A DNA stretch of 64,000 nt, from the NCBI RefSeq assembly GCF_009834535.1, contig NC_045696.1, positions 61,072,001-61,136,000 of the forward strand, read 5' to 3'. The notes below the pieces were generated by a model that did not search any database, was not told where the DNA came from, and was given only the letters and a program-made list of their open reading frames with translations. This DNA comes from Camelus ferus (Eukaryota). Numbering within the stretch: the first letter of the stretch is position 1; every line of letters begins with the position of its first letter. The translations under genes and the position numbers were made by a program. Of this stretch, positions 61,062-64,000 are shown one piece after another.

Positions 61062-64000
61062 CTTAAATATAAAATACAAAGAGTAATGAAACATAAGAAT
61101 TTCTTGATGTTAAGCTGGAGAGTTATAACCAAGTATTGTGCACCAGGAACCTTCTGAATCACTTGCTTCAGATATAATGGCCGCAGAATTAATTATTTAA
61201 CTATGTCTCTGTTTTCTACCAATGTTGGCTCCTAATCATATGTAAGTACTGCAATGTGTGTCTTTGTGTTTGCATTTTCTCCTTTACTGTTGGTTTATAG
61301 GTGTAGTCATTGAACTTGGCCGAGTACATTCCTCCTTTTCCCATATCAGGCTTTAATAGACGCCAAGACCCTTGAGCTTCAGTGTAAGAACAGTGTTTTA
61401 ATGAAAATACACCGACTATTCATTCAATCAAAAATTTCAATTTTTGCATCTCCTAAAGCCACATTTCTCATACACTATAAAGGGATTATTACCCTCAGGT
61501 CTTTTTCAGAGCTTCTTTTCCTGTTTTAAAATCTCAGGGCTTATCTTTATCAGTTTTCTTTCTCAACCCATCTGCTCATCCCATCTTTACAAATCCTGCA
61601 GTTTTCATTCTCAGTAATAATCTTGTGATATTTTTTTCCTCCTTCATTTCTCTCTTACCCTGTTTGAAATAGATAAGAAACTTGCTGACATTTCAGTCTT
61701 CTTTGAAGAGCAAAGAACAGGAAATTTTGTGAACTTGTCTTTAAATGTCTGACATGATCAGGTACCTGTACTGTTGATAGTATATGTTAACTACTTGTAG
61801 CGTCTGAGACAACTTTGTGTGTTCAGTATAAAGCATGTAGGAGTGCATCCAACAATACAGAAGAATTTTTGAGGACTCAGGTATAAATTAACTCCCTCTT
61901 CTCTGGAGTAGTGTGGGTGGTTTGGGGGGCATTCTGTCTTCTCTTCAGATACATAGTTATTTGCATTTCATCCCACACTCTGTAAGGCCCGTCTTTGTGG
62001 GCGGTCCCCCACTTAAAATCCAGAGCTTTCTACTTTGCTTTTTCTTGTTAACTGGGAATAGAGTGAATTCTGTTGGTTTTTAACATCATGTAGGGTCCTG
62101 AGCTCAGGATGACTCCGTTTTAACAAACCTTAGCAAGCAGTTTCCCGGGGCACTGCCGCCTTACATTTGCCCACAGGCCTAGGAGTAGGTGAGGCACAAA
62201 GCCCACAGGCTGCACGTAGGATCAACAAAACTGTTTTCATGTTCATTTCTTTTACAATCAGAAGGGAAAAAGTCATTGCAAAAATAATAAATATGTAATC
62301 ATGAATCCAGCCTTGACTGCAGTAATCCAACACAGTCATAAAATGTAATTTTTATTTTATTTCATTTTGGCAGAGGAAGGGGCACAGGAAGGCAAAAGTG
62401 CCTAGGGCCCATGAAAGTCATTGTGTTGACTCTTTTCTGGATGGTTTCCACAAAAGTCTAGACCCAGTGATAAAGAGGTAAGTGTAGTGGTAGCAGTTCA
62501 TAGATGACAATCAAAGTTCATTTTATATTATTTCACGTATCTTATACTGATTTTTCTCCCCGAAAACTATCTTTAACTGTTAAAAAATCACAGAGCTAAC
62601 TTCTTTTTTATTCAACCTTTATGTTGACACTAAATTTTTCTGATACAATCTTACTGAGATAAAATAATGAATCCAGTTTTAACAAATCTTCAGTATTTGA
62701 TTCTTTACTGAGATGGTGTTAGCTCCATTTATCAAGAGATGTTCTCTTATGTAATATGAACATCAAGGCTAAGACACTGCTCCTTCTTTGAAACGAGCTC
62801 TTTTCTCCAAGGTGATAATTGCCAGTTTCAAAATACTTAATCAAAAGCGGAGGGTTTTCATGATTAGCAAAATTTAAAAACTCAGAGCATTAATAAGGTT
62901 AATATTTAGAAGAAAGTGCTTCTCTAGGAGGTAGAGGGCTCTGACATATACATTCAGGGCCTCAAATTTAAACTTGTCAACTACATACACTAGTTTTTAA
63001 AAAATCCTATAAAGTGAATGTGCTTTTCAAATGAAAAGGCATCAGCAATTTTTTTTCAAGGAATTTAGAATAAAATTAAATTTTAATATTTTTTATTGGA
63101 TTTCAAGTGGCCAGTCTTTCCACTTGAGACTGCCCTGAGAGATACAAAAAGATGAAGACAGGTTCCTTTACTGGAGAATGAACAGTACCCGTGCAGAAGA
63201 AGACCACTCAGTCCCATGGCCTGGAGTGCACTCCTGGTTTGCCAGGCAGCACTGAGGCTAAATTAGCCCGAAGTTGGGTCTGGTCAATAAAACGTGTGCC
63301 TGGTCAGAGGTTTAGACATGCCTGGAGGGAAGCGTAAAAAAAATTCTACAATAGGGGATGGAGGTGCATGATTTCCACAGAGTGAGGCACCTGATTAGGG
63401 CTGCTTCATATATATATTTTTTTAACCTCAGGAATATAACTACTTATAGCTGTCTTCCTTATGAAGAAGAAGGCAAGGTTAAACTAGAATGGTGACCAGA
63501 CTGTTTTAAATTCCATGGTGGGAGGGAGTATTAACTCTTTCAACCTGACTTATAGCATTTTCTTTAAAGCAAATTAAATTTCTACCTTAAAAATTTTTTA
63601 ACATTTGTCCCTATCTAGCAGAAACCTAATGAGTGAATGCACATACTCTAGCCCTGGTCACATCATAACATTATGTTAATTTAATTGATCACACCAATTT
63701 TTTTTCAATTTCTTTGCCAGGCAGAATGTTTAAACGCCAGCTTGTTTTATTTAAAATAATTGACTGCACTCACTAGCTGCAGACAAAGCCTCAGTCAGCC
63801 AGTAGAGCGTACCCACCTTCTTAAATTTATCTTTAAGGTCCTTGAATCTTCTAAACCAAGAAGAAACCAAGAAACCTTGAGGGGTTTTTTTTCCCCTTAG
63901 GAACTGATTCTTTTTGGTTTTTAATAGCTCTCTAGCTGTTTTCAAAAAATTTTTTTAACCTCTGTGTGCACAACTAGTTGAAGGAATGTAGTTCACAGTG

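Noticed and set aside
61673..61761. Possible + strand exon (ag|ATAAG...CAG|gtacct)
   Set aside because: All three frames contain stops and no partner exons were found.

Overview
Mammalian genomic DNA, probably a camelid: it carries three tRNA-derived SINEs resembling the camelid Vic-1 family. The window covers the SMBD1-MUC20-MUC4 mucin locus. (1) A 4-exon somatomedin-B-domain gene on + (6333-12776, about 142 aa, SMBD1-like), which I spliced by hand and which the ORF track mostly misses. (2) MUC20 on + (4 exons, 18365-27133), with a +1 frameshift in its mucin exon. (3) MUC4 on - (exons 2-25, 61061-31336; exon 1 is not in the window). MUC4 exon 2 holds about 13 copies of a 456-bp (152-aa) PTS repeat with four 1-nt deletions and an in-frame TAA, while exons 3-25 (NIDO, AMOP, GDPH-vWD, EGF, TM) are intact with GT-AG ends. 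The rest is L1, L2, LTR, DNA-transposon and SINE remnants. Main observations: SMBD1 and MUC20 share a 4-exon phase architecture and a similar short C-terminal beta-alpha-beta module; the lesions I found in all three genes lie in skippable phase 1-1 second exons; and an AT-rich block beyond MUC4 exon 2 (61062-64000) may be foreign sequence or a misjoin. All homology calls are from my recognition of the sequences, not from searches.
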